A stretch of 64,000 bases of DNA from Eledone cirrhosa (taxonomy: Eukaryota): assembly GCA_964016885.1 (NCBI GenBank), contig OZ024746.1:41478001-41542000 (forward strand), in the 5' to 3' direction. The notes beneath the pieces were generated by a model. That model saw only the letters and a list, made by a program, of their open reading frames with translations, did not search any database and was not told where the DNA came from. How positions within the stretch are numbered: the first letter of the stretch is position 1; each line of letters opens with the position of its first letter. A program made the translations under genes and the position numbers. Shown here one piece after another: positions 40,846-52,247 of the stretch.

Positions 40846-40923
40846 AATTGCCTTGTCTGACGAACGAATGCGGACGTTTATTGTATTTGTCTTATTCGGG
40901 AAACCTTTGGTAATGAGGTAATT
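40846..40923 (+). ncRNA. Type I hammerhead ribozyme with long helices I and II
   Basis: AAUUGCCUUGU-CUGACGA-A CGAAUG..UAUUCG G-GAAA-CC uuu GG-UA-AUGAGGUAAUU. Helix I is 11 bp with three G-U pairs, helix II about 11 bp with one bulge, triplet GUA, and predicted cleavage after 40912. Confidence 0.82.
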
Positions 40924-41044
40924 ATATTGTATTGTTTATTATGCATTAAATATATATATATATATATTGTATTGTTTATTATGCATTAAATATATTATAT
41001 TGTATTGTTTATTATGCATTAAATATATATATATATATATATAA

Positions 41045-41185
41045 TGAAGCAAGTGTGGTAAGAACCAGGTGGACCATAACGCACTGGAGTACTTGATACT
41101 TAGGGTAGTAGAGTGGGTAATAGGAAGAGAGTCAGGACCCCGACAGCTGAGCTCCAGCCGTTTCGACAGCTAGATCTGAACGCAT
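41045..41185 (-). mobile_element. PLE pseudo-LTR-like remnant, family E (3' half of a hammerhead)
   Basis: Minus strand GAAA-CGGCTG-gagct-CAGCTG-TC-ggggtcctgactc, then actctact..agtatcaagtactc. Copies lie at 38938-38987, 62265-62400 and 63490-63625. Confidence 0.65.
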
Positions 41186-42199
41186 TCAGAAAATTTTGTT
41201 TCAATTAGATCTCATGGTGTTAAGACATAGAAAGCTACTATATTGCAAATTGGTAGAACATACTGTATATCAGTGGGAGGTAGACTTAATCTCTTTCTTC
41301 ATGTAATACTCCCACCTAGATTTTGAGTTCCTTTAGTAGCATTCACTTTGTTGCAAGCCTTTAGGGGCTTCTAGTCTGAGAAAATTCCATATTTCTTTTT
41401 TAGATCCATCCAACATTTTCATCACTTAGAAATCCTATAAAATTGCTATGGCTCTTCCTTTCTTTCGTTAAAAAAGAAATGGATTTAAAACTGCTGTTTA
41501 AAGACAAAATATCAGCCATTGTGTTTTGTCCCTAGGCAAGCCTGTAACTTTGTCTATCTATATTTGTGAAGCCGACAAACAGTTTTCATTCCTAATTCTT
41601 AGATAGTTCTTTGTTCAGCTATAGGAGGAAATATTTATCTAAAAATATTACACCAAAACTCAAATTTGAAAAGTACAATAAAACACAATACATGTTTAGT
41701 ATATAACCTATATTTGATGAAAGGTGCTCTCAGCATGCAAAATAAACCAAGATATATAGCACCAAAGAACAATGAAGAAATTGTATGCCCTTTTTATAGG
41801 TACTGGCTCAAAGCACCTAATTTGACATGTCATATTGACCTGACATCACACATTTGGAATTTTTGCAGGAATATTTCATGTGATTAAGTTAATGCAGAAG
41901 CAATAACTCATAGTCACATGATGTAATATTTTTCTCTTTATAGGAAAAAAATGATGGAATCAATAGAAGTGGAAATATAAGAAATGCAAATCAGTAAAGC
42001 ATTAAAAGACAAATTTATAGCCTTTAAGAATGTGTCAAATACAGCATAAAAAAATTGTTCACTTGGCTATATTATTAATTTGTACCAGAGGCACAATACC
42101 ACATATTTTGATAGAGAGAGCAGTCAGATTCATCAATACCAGCACCTGACTGGTATTTTTTTTACCAACACTTGAAATAATGAGAGGTAACGTTTTACC

Positions 42200-42428
42200 T
42201 TAACCCTTAATCATTTACATTATTCTATATTTACTATTGTATTTTCAGTGTGAAGGCTTTTTCTCACATAATTATCTCACATAATATCGAATCTACGAAA
42301 TTTTGATATTATCTATTTTGAGAACAATACCTTAACATAAGTATGAGCAGCCAGTTACGACCAGTTTGAACAGAAAGAGGTGAGAGAAATCTGGCCGGAT
42401 ATGGCCGGTTTAAATGCTAAAGGGTTAA
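42200..42428. mobile_element. piggyBac-type MITE nested in an old group 2 SINE
   Basis: TTAA-ccc ... ggg-TTAA. SINE-like sequence continues on both sides (about 42085-42199 and 42429-42500). Confidence 0.85.
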
Positions 42429-44405
42429 CATGATTAGAACTAAAAATGTAAATAATACAAATGAATATCACAAATTATTTTATCTGATGCTCTATTAATT
42501 CTGCTACCCACTATCCTCAACATGTTAAAATTTGCTTTAAGCTTGGAAGCTTATCAGGCCTTTCATATGGCAGCAAGTAAGTGAAAATACTAGACATACC
42601 CCTGGATGTGATGCCAGTCTGTCACAAGGTTAACTTTCAGCTGTTCTGGCATTAATTTTTTCAGCTGAATTCATTAGAGTAACTTGAAATGGTGTGCCTT
42701 ATTCAAGGACACAAGGTGCTAGATAGTTTGGGAAGCAAATCCACAACCTTATAATTGTGAACTAGCTCCCCCTGACTACTATGTTATACATCTTTATGCC
42801 CTTCACATAGGTAAATATTATTAAGTCCTTAAAGCATTAAGAAATAATGTCTTGACTAACTAAATGACTTATACCAAATGAATATATTTTAAAACAATTT
42901 AGCCATAAAGGGAAAACAGCCCTCATTAGCAAATATTTTCCTTTTATGGTCTCTATCACTGGTGGGGAAAAGGGAAGAAGTTTATCCTCATACCACAGAC
43001 CTGGCTCAAACACTTGAAACATAGTAAACTCTGCTAAAGGCACCAAAGAGCCAAGTGGTGCTGTGAACTCTTAACATTCTGTACCACATGAAACCATTTT
43101 AGCAAGATATTCTTCAAAAATACAAAATAACTATGACTGCATCACATTAAAAATTCAAGGCTTTACTCTAATCCTGCAAATTTTGACAATAATCTGTTCA
43201 CCAGTAAAGATACTATAAATATTTGAATAAACTAGTTTAAAAAAATATTTTCTGCTGAATTATTTCAGGATATTAAGAGTTAAACTCTGTGGCAGATTAC
43301 GTCTATCATCCAAAAGTTATTATATTTGGGGAGGGTCATGTTATAATATTGCCAGAAAAATATAGTAAAACACACTCACTGTTTGGTTGGGGTTGGTTTT
43401 CGCTTACATATATTTTTTTATATTTCTATAATTAATTCAACTGGCAATCCAAAAATTAAAAATACAAAAAGCTGCAAGGTATCTTGTTCAACACTTTCAC
43501 CAATTCATTACACTAGACAAGTAATTTATTTTATCAACTCCCAAAAGAATGAAAGGCGAAGTTGACTTTGGTGAAATTTGAAATCAAAGTACAGAGAGAC
43601 AAAACAAATACTTCAATGCAATATGTTCCACACTAATTGTTCATTTGATGCATACTACTTATATAATACTTATATTAACTTTTAGGAACAAATAGTAATT
43701 ACCAAATAGTATTAACTTTCCTTTACATCCATGTTCTACTAAACCCCAGGAAGTATCCAAAAAACCATTTGGACATATAATATAAATCTGAGATATACTC
43801 ATTAAAAGGAACATAACTATGAAAAAGTAACAGGTGTTGTAAACAGGAGATGAGTAATAAGAGCTTGTGGTGAGAATGTATATACTATCATATATAAAAA
43901 CAACAACAGCAAAAAAAAACAAAAAACAATATGAAAATAGATTATTATCCCAGCTTTTACTTTCTATTTTCTTATTTTTATTGATTAAACCATAACCCCT
44001 GAAATAAAAACACAAAAAATAAAGAAAAACAAAACAAAAAAAACAACAATAACAAATGAAATCTGATGTTTTGATGAAGTTTGTGTGATTGTATTGTAAT
44101 TAGAATCTATTTATTTCTATTGAGAATATTAAATGAATCAAATTAGTCATCAACAGGATAAAATATCTTTGATTATTTTCCTAGAGAAAAAGGCTGTAAA
44201 TTGGCAGAGTGTTGGATAGAATGCTTTGTTGTATTCCTTCCAGCCCAGCTCTCTACACTTTGAGTTCAAGTCTTGCCAAGGTCAATTTTAAGGGCAGTGG
44301 ATTAACAGAGCCATTAGAATGTCAGATAAAATGCATTGCTGTATTGAGTTCAAATCCCACAGAGGTCAATTTTACCATTCATTTATCCTTCTGGAGTCAA
44401 TAAAA

Positions 44406-44597
44406 TATGAGCGTCAGCTGAAAAGTTTATAAGGTGACTATGAAAGAGTGATGCTAACGCTGTGAAATCTTGCATGCATTAATTTCAACTCATTTTATTA
44501 ATAGCTGCATCCAGGGACTATGATGAAAAATAAACCTCATTTGGTCATTCCATGAGATATCTTGGTCAGCCTATGAACTTTGCAGCCAACACTCGTA
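44406..44597. mobile_element. Mariner-type MITE
   Basis: Imperfect ~33-bp TIRs ta-tgagcgtcagctgaaaagtttataaggtgac and gtcagcctatgaactttgcagccaacactcg-ta. A second copy lies at 57611-57812. Confidence 0.85.
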
Positions 44598-44859
44598 TAG
44601 TACTATTTAGGCACTGGGGTTGATATAATTAGCTTGTCCTTTCCTCTGAAATTGCTGGCCTTATGTTTATGTAACAAAGAATTATTTTGAATGAGGAACA
44701 TTTCATAGTAAGTACTTTCCATGGAATATCTGTAAGAACGGATGACAGATTTAATATGATAAACAGATGCATTGTAATGTGACAACAATCACTTTTCTGC
44801 AAGAACTTTTACAAGCTGGATAATTAGGACTGTTAATCTTCTGTACTCAGTCTAACTCA

Positions 44860-44904
<45 letters not shown>

Positions 44905-45264
44905 CCCCACCTCCTTATAGGGTGGACTAAGTGCTTTTTGACATGGCATGGGCCCTACCACCTCATATATAAGGATGATGATGTCCCTTAGTGGAATAGA
45001 CTATCATTACATTCAGGTTTGGGCAAATGACAGTCTTATTTACATATATATTTATATATATTTTTATGAAGGCCAATGGTTAAACCTTGTTTCTTGTTAC
45101 TTTGGAGTTTCTCCTATGTATTCATATAGTCATCAGGAAAGAACACTTTTTCAGAGGATGGAGTGACAGCATATATATAAAGAAACATGAGATAGGGGGA
45201 GGAATGTGGTGGACCATATAGGAAAAAAGGAGAAATTGGGGGCGACTTCTGCCAAGGTAATAAT

Positions 45265-45484
45265 AGTTTTTTTTATATAGGCACAAGGCCAGCAATTTTA
45301 GGGAGATGGGGAAAGTCCTTTAAATCGACCCCAGTGTGTGATTGCTATTTTATTTTATCGACCCCGTAAGGATGAAAGGTAAAGTTAACACTGCCGGGAT
45401 TTGAACTCAGATCATAAAGGGCCGTAACTCTATGCTGCAAAGCATGGCGCCCGACCCTCTACTGATACTGCCAATCCACTGCCC
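45265..45484 (-). mobile_element. Group 2 SINE
   Basis: Matches 24113-24297 and 60966-61147. Confidence 0.9.
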
Positions 45485-45809
45485 TGGTAAGGTAGAAATA
45501 ATAATAATTTTACTCATAATTCTACCAAAATGTTATTCCTTGCTGTTTCCTCTAAACACTCTGTAAAGTGTTTAGAGTTAAGAAAGGCATCCAGCCATAG
45601 AAACCATGACAAAAAAAAATATAATGGTTGGTGATTGGAATGGCACCCAGTTGTAGAAATTGTCAAAACCAGAATGTATACGAGGCATGGTTCTCAACCC
45701 ATCGGGGAGAAAAGTAGTTCCAATTAAATACTGATTTTGTCCTGTGGTAACCCAACCAACTGATGTCAGCATGAAAAAGTGAACTTTAATCCTCACAAAC
45801 CCTTCCTAC

Positions 45810-46185
45810 CAAAGCCCCCAGCCCACACTCTAAAGTGGTTGCAATTGTGACACAAAAAAAAAAACGTCCAGCCCACACTGTAAGATGGTCACATAGGTGT
45901 CACAACAAAAAGCATCCAGCCCACATTCGAAGGTGGTTGTGTAGGTATCATAAAATCACACAGCCCACACTGTAAAGTGGTTGTGTAGGTGTCATGACAA
46001 AAACCACCCAATACTCAGTGTAAATGTAGTTGGTCTTAGGAAGGGTATCCAGCTACAGAAACCAAGCCAAAGTCAGTTCTGTATGAGCATGGCATGGTTA
46101 TTTGATCTCGACTTGCCTCAAATAGGACAACCTATCTAACCCATGCTAGCATAGAAAATGGACGTTAAACAGTGATGATGTGGAT
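45810..46185 (+). mobile_element. SINE body with tandem ~43-bp units and RTE tail
   Basis: About five cagcccacactgtaaagtggtt units, then ggaagggtatccagct and ggacgttaaacagtgatgat. Confidence 0.8.
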
Positions 46186-46467
46186 GATATATATATATGT
46201 GTGTATGTGTGGGAGGGGTATATGTGTGTGTGTGTTTGTACTTTAATTATGTCTTTATAGTGACATGTCTTAAAAAACATATCTAGCAGCTCAGTGAGTG
46301 AAGATCAATGGAATATGTAACATACTTATAACTTAATAAGAATTGGTATAAGGAAAGGCATCTGGCTATAGAATGCAGATTCAAAAATTATTGTCTAAAT
46401 CATGGCAGCTTTAGAAAGTCAGCATAAAAATGATGACAAACAAATCCAATCCAATGATGTATTGATG

Positions 46468-46540
<73 letters not shown>

Positions 46541-46819
46541 TCATCATCATCATCATCAACGTTTAACGTCCGTGTTCCACGCTTGCATGGGTTTGGACGG
46601 GGGTAGTCCCACTTGAGGCAAGAGTGATTGTCTTGCTCGCATAGGACTGTCTGGCAGGTTTTCTACAGTTGGATGCCCTTCCTAACACCAACCACATTTA
46701 CAGTGTGGGTCTGGGAGGTTTTTACCGTGTTGCCTACACGGCCACATTACAGCGTGGACTGTGTGTTTTTTTGTCGTGACACCTACACGATCTCATTTGT
46801 TTCGGCCTGGATGGCGCGG

Positions 46820-46883
<64 letters not shown>

Positions 46884-46884
46884 A

Positions 46885-46950
46885 TTATATATTCAATATA
46901 GAAATGGCTTCTACAGGACTAGAACTGTTTCATTTGGGAGAAATCATCAT
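46885..46950 (-). mobile_element. Family B pseudo-LTR fragment (hammerhead lacking its 5' end)
   Basis: Minus strand (a)TGATGAtttctcccaaatGAAACAGttctagtcCTGTAgaagcc. Confidence 0.65.
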
Positions 46951-47070
46951 CATCATCATCATATATATATACATGTATGTGTGTGTATATATATATATAC
47001 ACATGTATATATATATGTGTATGTGTATATATATATGTGTGTGTGTGTGTATGTATATATATATATATAT

Positions 47071-47404
47071 GGAGGCACATGGTTTAGTGGTTAGAGCATT
47101 GGCCTTGCAATCGAAAGGTTGTGAGTTCAATTCTCAGACTGGGTGATGTGTTGTTTCCTTGAGCAAGACACTTTATTTCACATTGCTCCAGTTTACTCAG
47201 CTGTAGAAATGAGATGATAGGGACTGGGGTCCCTATCATTCCACTGCAAAGTGGTCGTGGAGGTGTCACAGCAAAAAAGCACCCAGCACTCACTGTAAAT
47301 GAGGTTGGTGTTAGGAAGGGCATCCAGCTGTAGAAATCAAGCCAGAATCAGTTCCCGTCCCACCCTTGCAAGCAGGGAAAAGTGGATGTAAAATGAAATG
47401 ATGA
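47071..47404 (+). mobile_element. Young composite group 1 SINE
   Basis: Reverse complement of 561-900 with few substitutions, inserted in (TA)n. Confidence 0.93.
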
Positions 47405-49948
47405 TATATATCAAGAGAGAAGAGAGGATGTTTGGGAAAGAGAAGAAAATAAAAACAAGAAAAAAGATAGATAGATAGAGAAAGCACATGTTTTTGTTAG
47501 TCCCCCATATAAACAGTAATATTTTAACTAAACAAATGTCATAACACGATTAGTGTGCCTAGATGAACTTATCTAAAAGGTATCTTTATGAAGAAACATA
47601 CCACAGAAATATACAATAAATTAATTATTTAGAAAGGAAACATTGAGTGAAAATGTTTATAAAGTATTGATATGACACTTTTTGGCTAGATGGTCAACAT
47701 CATGTTTGAAGAAATTTATTAGAAACTGCATTTCATTGAATGACAAGGCATTGAAGATTTATAGATGGAGGTGAAACCCCTTTTCTATAAATCTGAAAAA
47801 TTCATTGTCAAATTATTTGCTAAGAAATGAAAAAGAATTGCTTATTTCAAAGAATCAATGTTCCCATTTTTATCTGAATAATTATAGTTAAACCTGCTAC
47901 AGAGGTGTTAAATTCAGAGCTTTAATGATGCTGTCAGATGTCAAAAATATATTTTGCAGTAGATTTTAATATTGTCTCAAATATTCTTTGCATTTTCTGT
48001 AATTTCTTAATATATAGAGTCCCTTGATTTATCAGTTTTGCACATCCCTGGTGTACTTTTCAGTTAACATCTTGACATTTTGCTACTGTGAATTTTTCAA
48101 TATTTCTTTCTTTCTTTCTTTTTTTTAATCTGAACTTTGAAATGTGGACTCTAGGTGTTAAAACTGTTTCACCAACTGAGTTGTCAGTACTGGAAAGAGC
48201 ATTCAGCTGCAAAATTTCTTGCTTTAACAATCCAAATGAAAAAATGCATTGTGATATCTCCAAATACTACTATTATGAAAAAAACTGTAGGTAAATCTTT
48301 TAAAGAAGAAACAAAAAAAATTATTTATCGATTTAAAAAAATATATACTCTTCAGAAACGTGTGTGACATATTTACATGGAAGAAGTTATTAATGGTTCT
48401 AGTACAGTATTTCTTAGCTATTTTTTCACATTACTTCCTCTCATTTACCAGTCCCCTATTCCAATTTCCACATACAAGAAAAGGTATAATTTAACTTAAC
48501 ATCAGCATAATTTAACTTAACATCAGCAACAATAGAATCAACATTAAGGAAAATATATCTAGTAAACACAGTGTGAATAATGATAAAGGATTTTTCAATC
48601 TAAAACAATTTCTCTACAGGAATCTGCAAATTCCCCAGTGGAGCCTTCAATTTCTTCTCCTGGAAGCTCCATGGGATGGATATTCTCCAGGTTAAGAATT
48701 GCAAATCTAGAGGATAAGTTATTAATATACATTTATAAAACCAGTAAGTGGTATATCTAAAGAAGGATTCCATTCTTGTTTGTATAGGTTTTTGGCTAAA
48801 TACATTAGATTACTGTTATGCCTTTTATTGGACTGGAAAGACATTATTCAAACTTGAACTAAGAACTTTGAGACATATAACTAGGCCTAATAAAGCAACA
48901 ATTTTAGTGTTTACTATCTACAGCTCTCATTAACCATAATAATGTTAATTATTTACTTTCATGGAAATCCATTAATTATAATCATTGGATAATTATTGAA
49001 GTTTTCTACATGTAGTTGTTTTTTCTATCTTCATTTTCTCACTGAACTAAATATTTTCACATTGAATATTGTTAAAGTTGCAGCAATATTCAATTGTATG
49101 AAACATCACATATTACTGTTGCACTATCACCATTTAGTGCATGCAGTTGTAGTAATACTATTCATTGTAGTTGCAGCAATATTATCTACCATAGTGGTAG
49201 TGAGACCTTCTGATAAAGTTACTATAAAACTGTTTCATTACTACAACAGAGCTTATTGTAAGTTACACTGATACTGCCGACTACATTTGTGACAATAATT
49301 ATTCATTGCAGCAATGTCACTCACTCCATATGCAATAATAATACTACTATAATTTCATTCAATCCAGCTGCATCACTACTCTATGCTGCTACTGTATTGT
49401 TTCCATTTACTGGCATGGAAATATTATCATTCTCTATAGTTGTAGTAATAGCATACATTGCAGTTGCAGTGATATTCTTTACTGCAGTTAGTTGCAGTAA
49501 TACTTCTAACATAATTCATTACAGCAATAAATACACCACTACACACACTTTCCCTTTCTGATACAATCAGGACGGATGTGAGGACTTGCAAAGAATTCAA
49601 AAATCAATAGTACTAGATGAAGCTCCATTTGGTAGACGTGACTGAATTTTCTATTACATTCAATGAAATAGCATATTAACACTCGGTTTGGAATTTGGGC
49701 TGGCTCAATGTAAGTCGTGTGGTCAGTATAAAGAAATCTATTATCTAACTATCCTGTGTAGTGAAGCAGTGAACTTTCAGAGTAAACTCTGGAAATTATT
49801 CTGCACTTCAGGATATAATAACCGAGAAATTTTCATCGCTCTCATTTTAGATTATAGTTTCTCTATTTTTCTTTTCCCTTTTCTCAATTTCTACCTCTTG
49901 CTCTCTTTCCATAACTAATTGTCTTTCTTATTCACCCTCTTTCTCTCG

Positions 49949-50025
<77 letters not shown>

Positions 50026-50059
50026 CTATCTATTTATATATAATAAGTAGATTCCCAAA

Positions 50060-50205
50060 GAGGATCAGGAGGTGACCATAGTTAAGGAAGCTACTCAATA
50101 TATTGGTAGAGTATAGACATCTTTATCTTATATAGAAATGACTTTTACTGGACTAGAACTGTTTCATATGAAATCATCAGGATATTCTTGCTGATTTCTG
50201 TGTAA
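50060..50205 (-). mobile_element. Family B pseudo-LTR remnant
   Basis: Minus strand CTGATGAtttcatatGAAACAGttctagtcCAGTA, then tactctaccaatatattgagtagc. Confidence 0.65.
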
Positions 50206-50224
50206 TATATATATATATAAGAGG

Positions 50225-50645
50225 GATAAGTTGTAGTGTGCGAGAGAGAAGACTGCGATGTATAGACGTGATGTGCATAGGTAAAGAAGTGCCAAGAAAT
50301 CCCAGTAGAAGGAAGACGCAGTAGAGGAAGACCATGAAAAACATGGGCAGAGGTGGTGAGAGCAGACCTCAGATCGCTGAAGCTCACGGAGGAGATGACG
50401 AAGGACCGTGACAAGTGCAGAGGTGTTATGCTGAATAGGACCTGTCCCACCCTTGCAAGCAGGGAAAAGTGGACGTGAAATGATGATGATAATATGCAGA
50501 GGTCATGAGAAGTAACCTCAAATCGCTAAGACTGGCAGAGGAGATATGAAGGAATGTGATAAGTGCAGAGATGCTGTGTTGAGAAGGACCCATCCAACCC
50601 ATGCAAGCATGGAAAAGCAGACATAAAAACAATGATGATGATGAT
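50225..50645 (+). mobile_element. Two tandem RTE 3' ends
   Basis: VKKCQEIPVEGRRSRGRP*KTWAEVVRADL with a tail to about 50490. A second shorter copy runs from about 50495 to 50645 and ends in (TGA)n. Confidence 0.85.
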
Positions 50646-50667
50646 ATCTATCTATCTATCTATCTCT

Positions 50668-51072
50668 CCAGACAATAACTCATCCCCTTCTTTAAGTATC
50701 ACTTCAGAAGGAAGGGGAGAGTGGAGAGAGAGGTGCTACACCCCAGTAAATTCGCTGAAAGGTGGGTGAATGTGGCGAAAATGGCCCGATTGAATGGGCC
50801 TTCTCTGTATATAAAACTGTAGGTTGAGGAAGACAAACAGAGGGAAGATGGGAACACCTACAAAACGTGCTTCTGGTGTTGGGGTTTGTTCTATCCACAG
50901 GGTGTAAAACAACCCCGCAGTAACATTCCCCCCTATTGGGGATTTCGATTGTTATTTTATTTTATATATAGTTTATTGCTATTCATTAATGTTAAAGATT
51001 TTTATGTAAAACCCCTGCCGTCACATCTTGTAATGCTCCATTTTTGTACGTCCTTGTGGCAAATAAAGAAAG
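50668..51072 (+). mobile_element. L1/Tx1-clade LINE extreme 3' end in (TATC)n
   Basis: LIPFFKYHFRRKGRVEREVLHPSKFAERWVNVAKMARLNGPSLYIKL* (stop 50820-50822) is homologous to ORF 59773-59994. The 3'UTR shares cccctattgggga and ccttgtgg..aataaagaaa. Confidence 0.85.
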
Positions 51073-51519
51073 ATATCTATTTATCTCTCTCTCTATATAT
51101 ACATACATATATATAGTACAGGTGCCACAACAAACAAAAAAAGGATGCAGTCAATGTTTTAGGGTGGTGAGCATTAGGAATTATATATATATATATATAT
51201 CACTTCAAAAATCTTGTTGGTAAATAACATTATTCTTTCTTCACCATTTCCTTAACTTGCTCAACATCACCAACATTTTACACCAATACAAATTCCCCCT
51301 TTTGATAATGCATAAAATGCTGAAACCGGTAATAGACAATTATTAAATATATAAATAAATAAATGCCATTGTTAATTAATAAATAAATTAACTAATACCT
51401 TAACACTTCACACAAAGTAAAATGTCTTGTTTTAAACATTTTCTAACCCAGAAAAAAGAGAGAGAAAAAAAAGGAAGAAAATATATTTTTCTTCCTAATA
51501 ATCATCTTTTTCTCCCTAT

Positions 51520-51569
<50 letters not shown>

Positions 51570-51800
51570 ATATATATATTGGTATAATATGTGTTAGTTA
51601 AACAACCGACACTAGTGTATACAGGATAGAGCACTCAACAAAGTATACATGTATGTCTGCATACTCCAGAGAATAAGTATAATAATGAAGTAGAAGACAA
51701 AATGTTAGAATTTACCTCATTTATTCATTATACATTACAAATAAATGATGCAAATTCAAACCTATTGACTTCCCCTTCATTTTATATATATATATATATA

Positions 51801-52069
51801 TACGATATTAAATAAATGGAAACTATATTTATAAAACCATATTTATTTCATTATATATATTTCAGGGATATCATATTAACAATATGCTATGCCTTCCTCA
51901 GACAAAATACACGTATGTACGGTATGTCAAATCTATTTATCTATAAAACTGTCTATATTGTATTTTGTCTGAGGAAGGCATAGCATATTGTTAATATGAT
52001 ATCCCTGAAATATATATAATGAAATAAATATGGTTTTATAAATATAGTTTCCATTTATTTAATATCGTA
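51801..52069. repeat. Perfect 111-bp inverted repeat (47-bp spacer), an inverted PLE pseudo-LTR pair
   Basis: 51801-51911 is the reverse complement of 51959-52069. Confidence 0.95.
51961..52026 (+). ncRNA. Type I hammerhead ribozyme (identical copy on the minus strand at 51844-51909)
   Basis: UAUUUUGU-CUGAGGA-AGG..CAUAUU guu AAUAUG..CCU-GAAA-UAUAUA-UA-AUGAAAUA. Helix I is 8 bp with two G-U pairs, helix III is the palindrome AUAUAUAU, triplet AUA. Confidence 0.78.
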
Positions 52070-52153
52070 AATATACTCCAAATACTTGTCGAGTGCTTTT
52101 ATATCAGTTATAAATATTTACTAGTTGTAACCCAACAATTTAAATATAACTTT

Positions 52154-52247
<94 letters not shown>

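Noticed and set aside
48996-49561. Hydrophobic ORFs resembling membrane proteins
   Set aside because: The region is degenerate trinucleotide-like low-complexity sequence (gca/gta/act/att) without clear splice signals or a recognisable domain.
51302-51331. TTGATAA-tgcat aaa atgct-GAAA-CCGG-TA as an active ribozyme
   Set aside because: It has two core mutations and no helix I, so it is counted only as a decayed relic.
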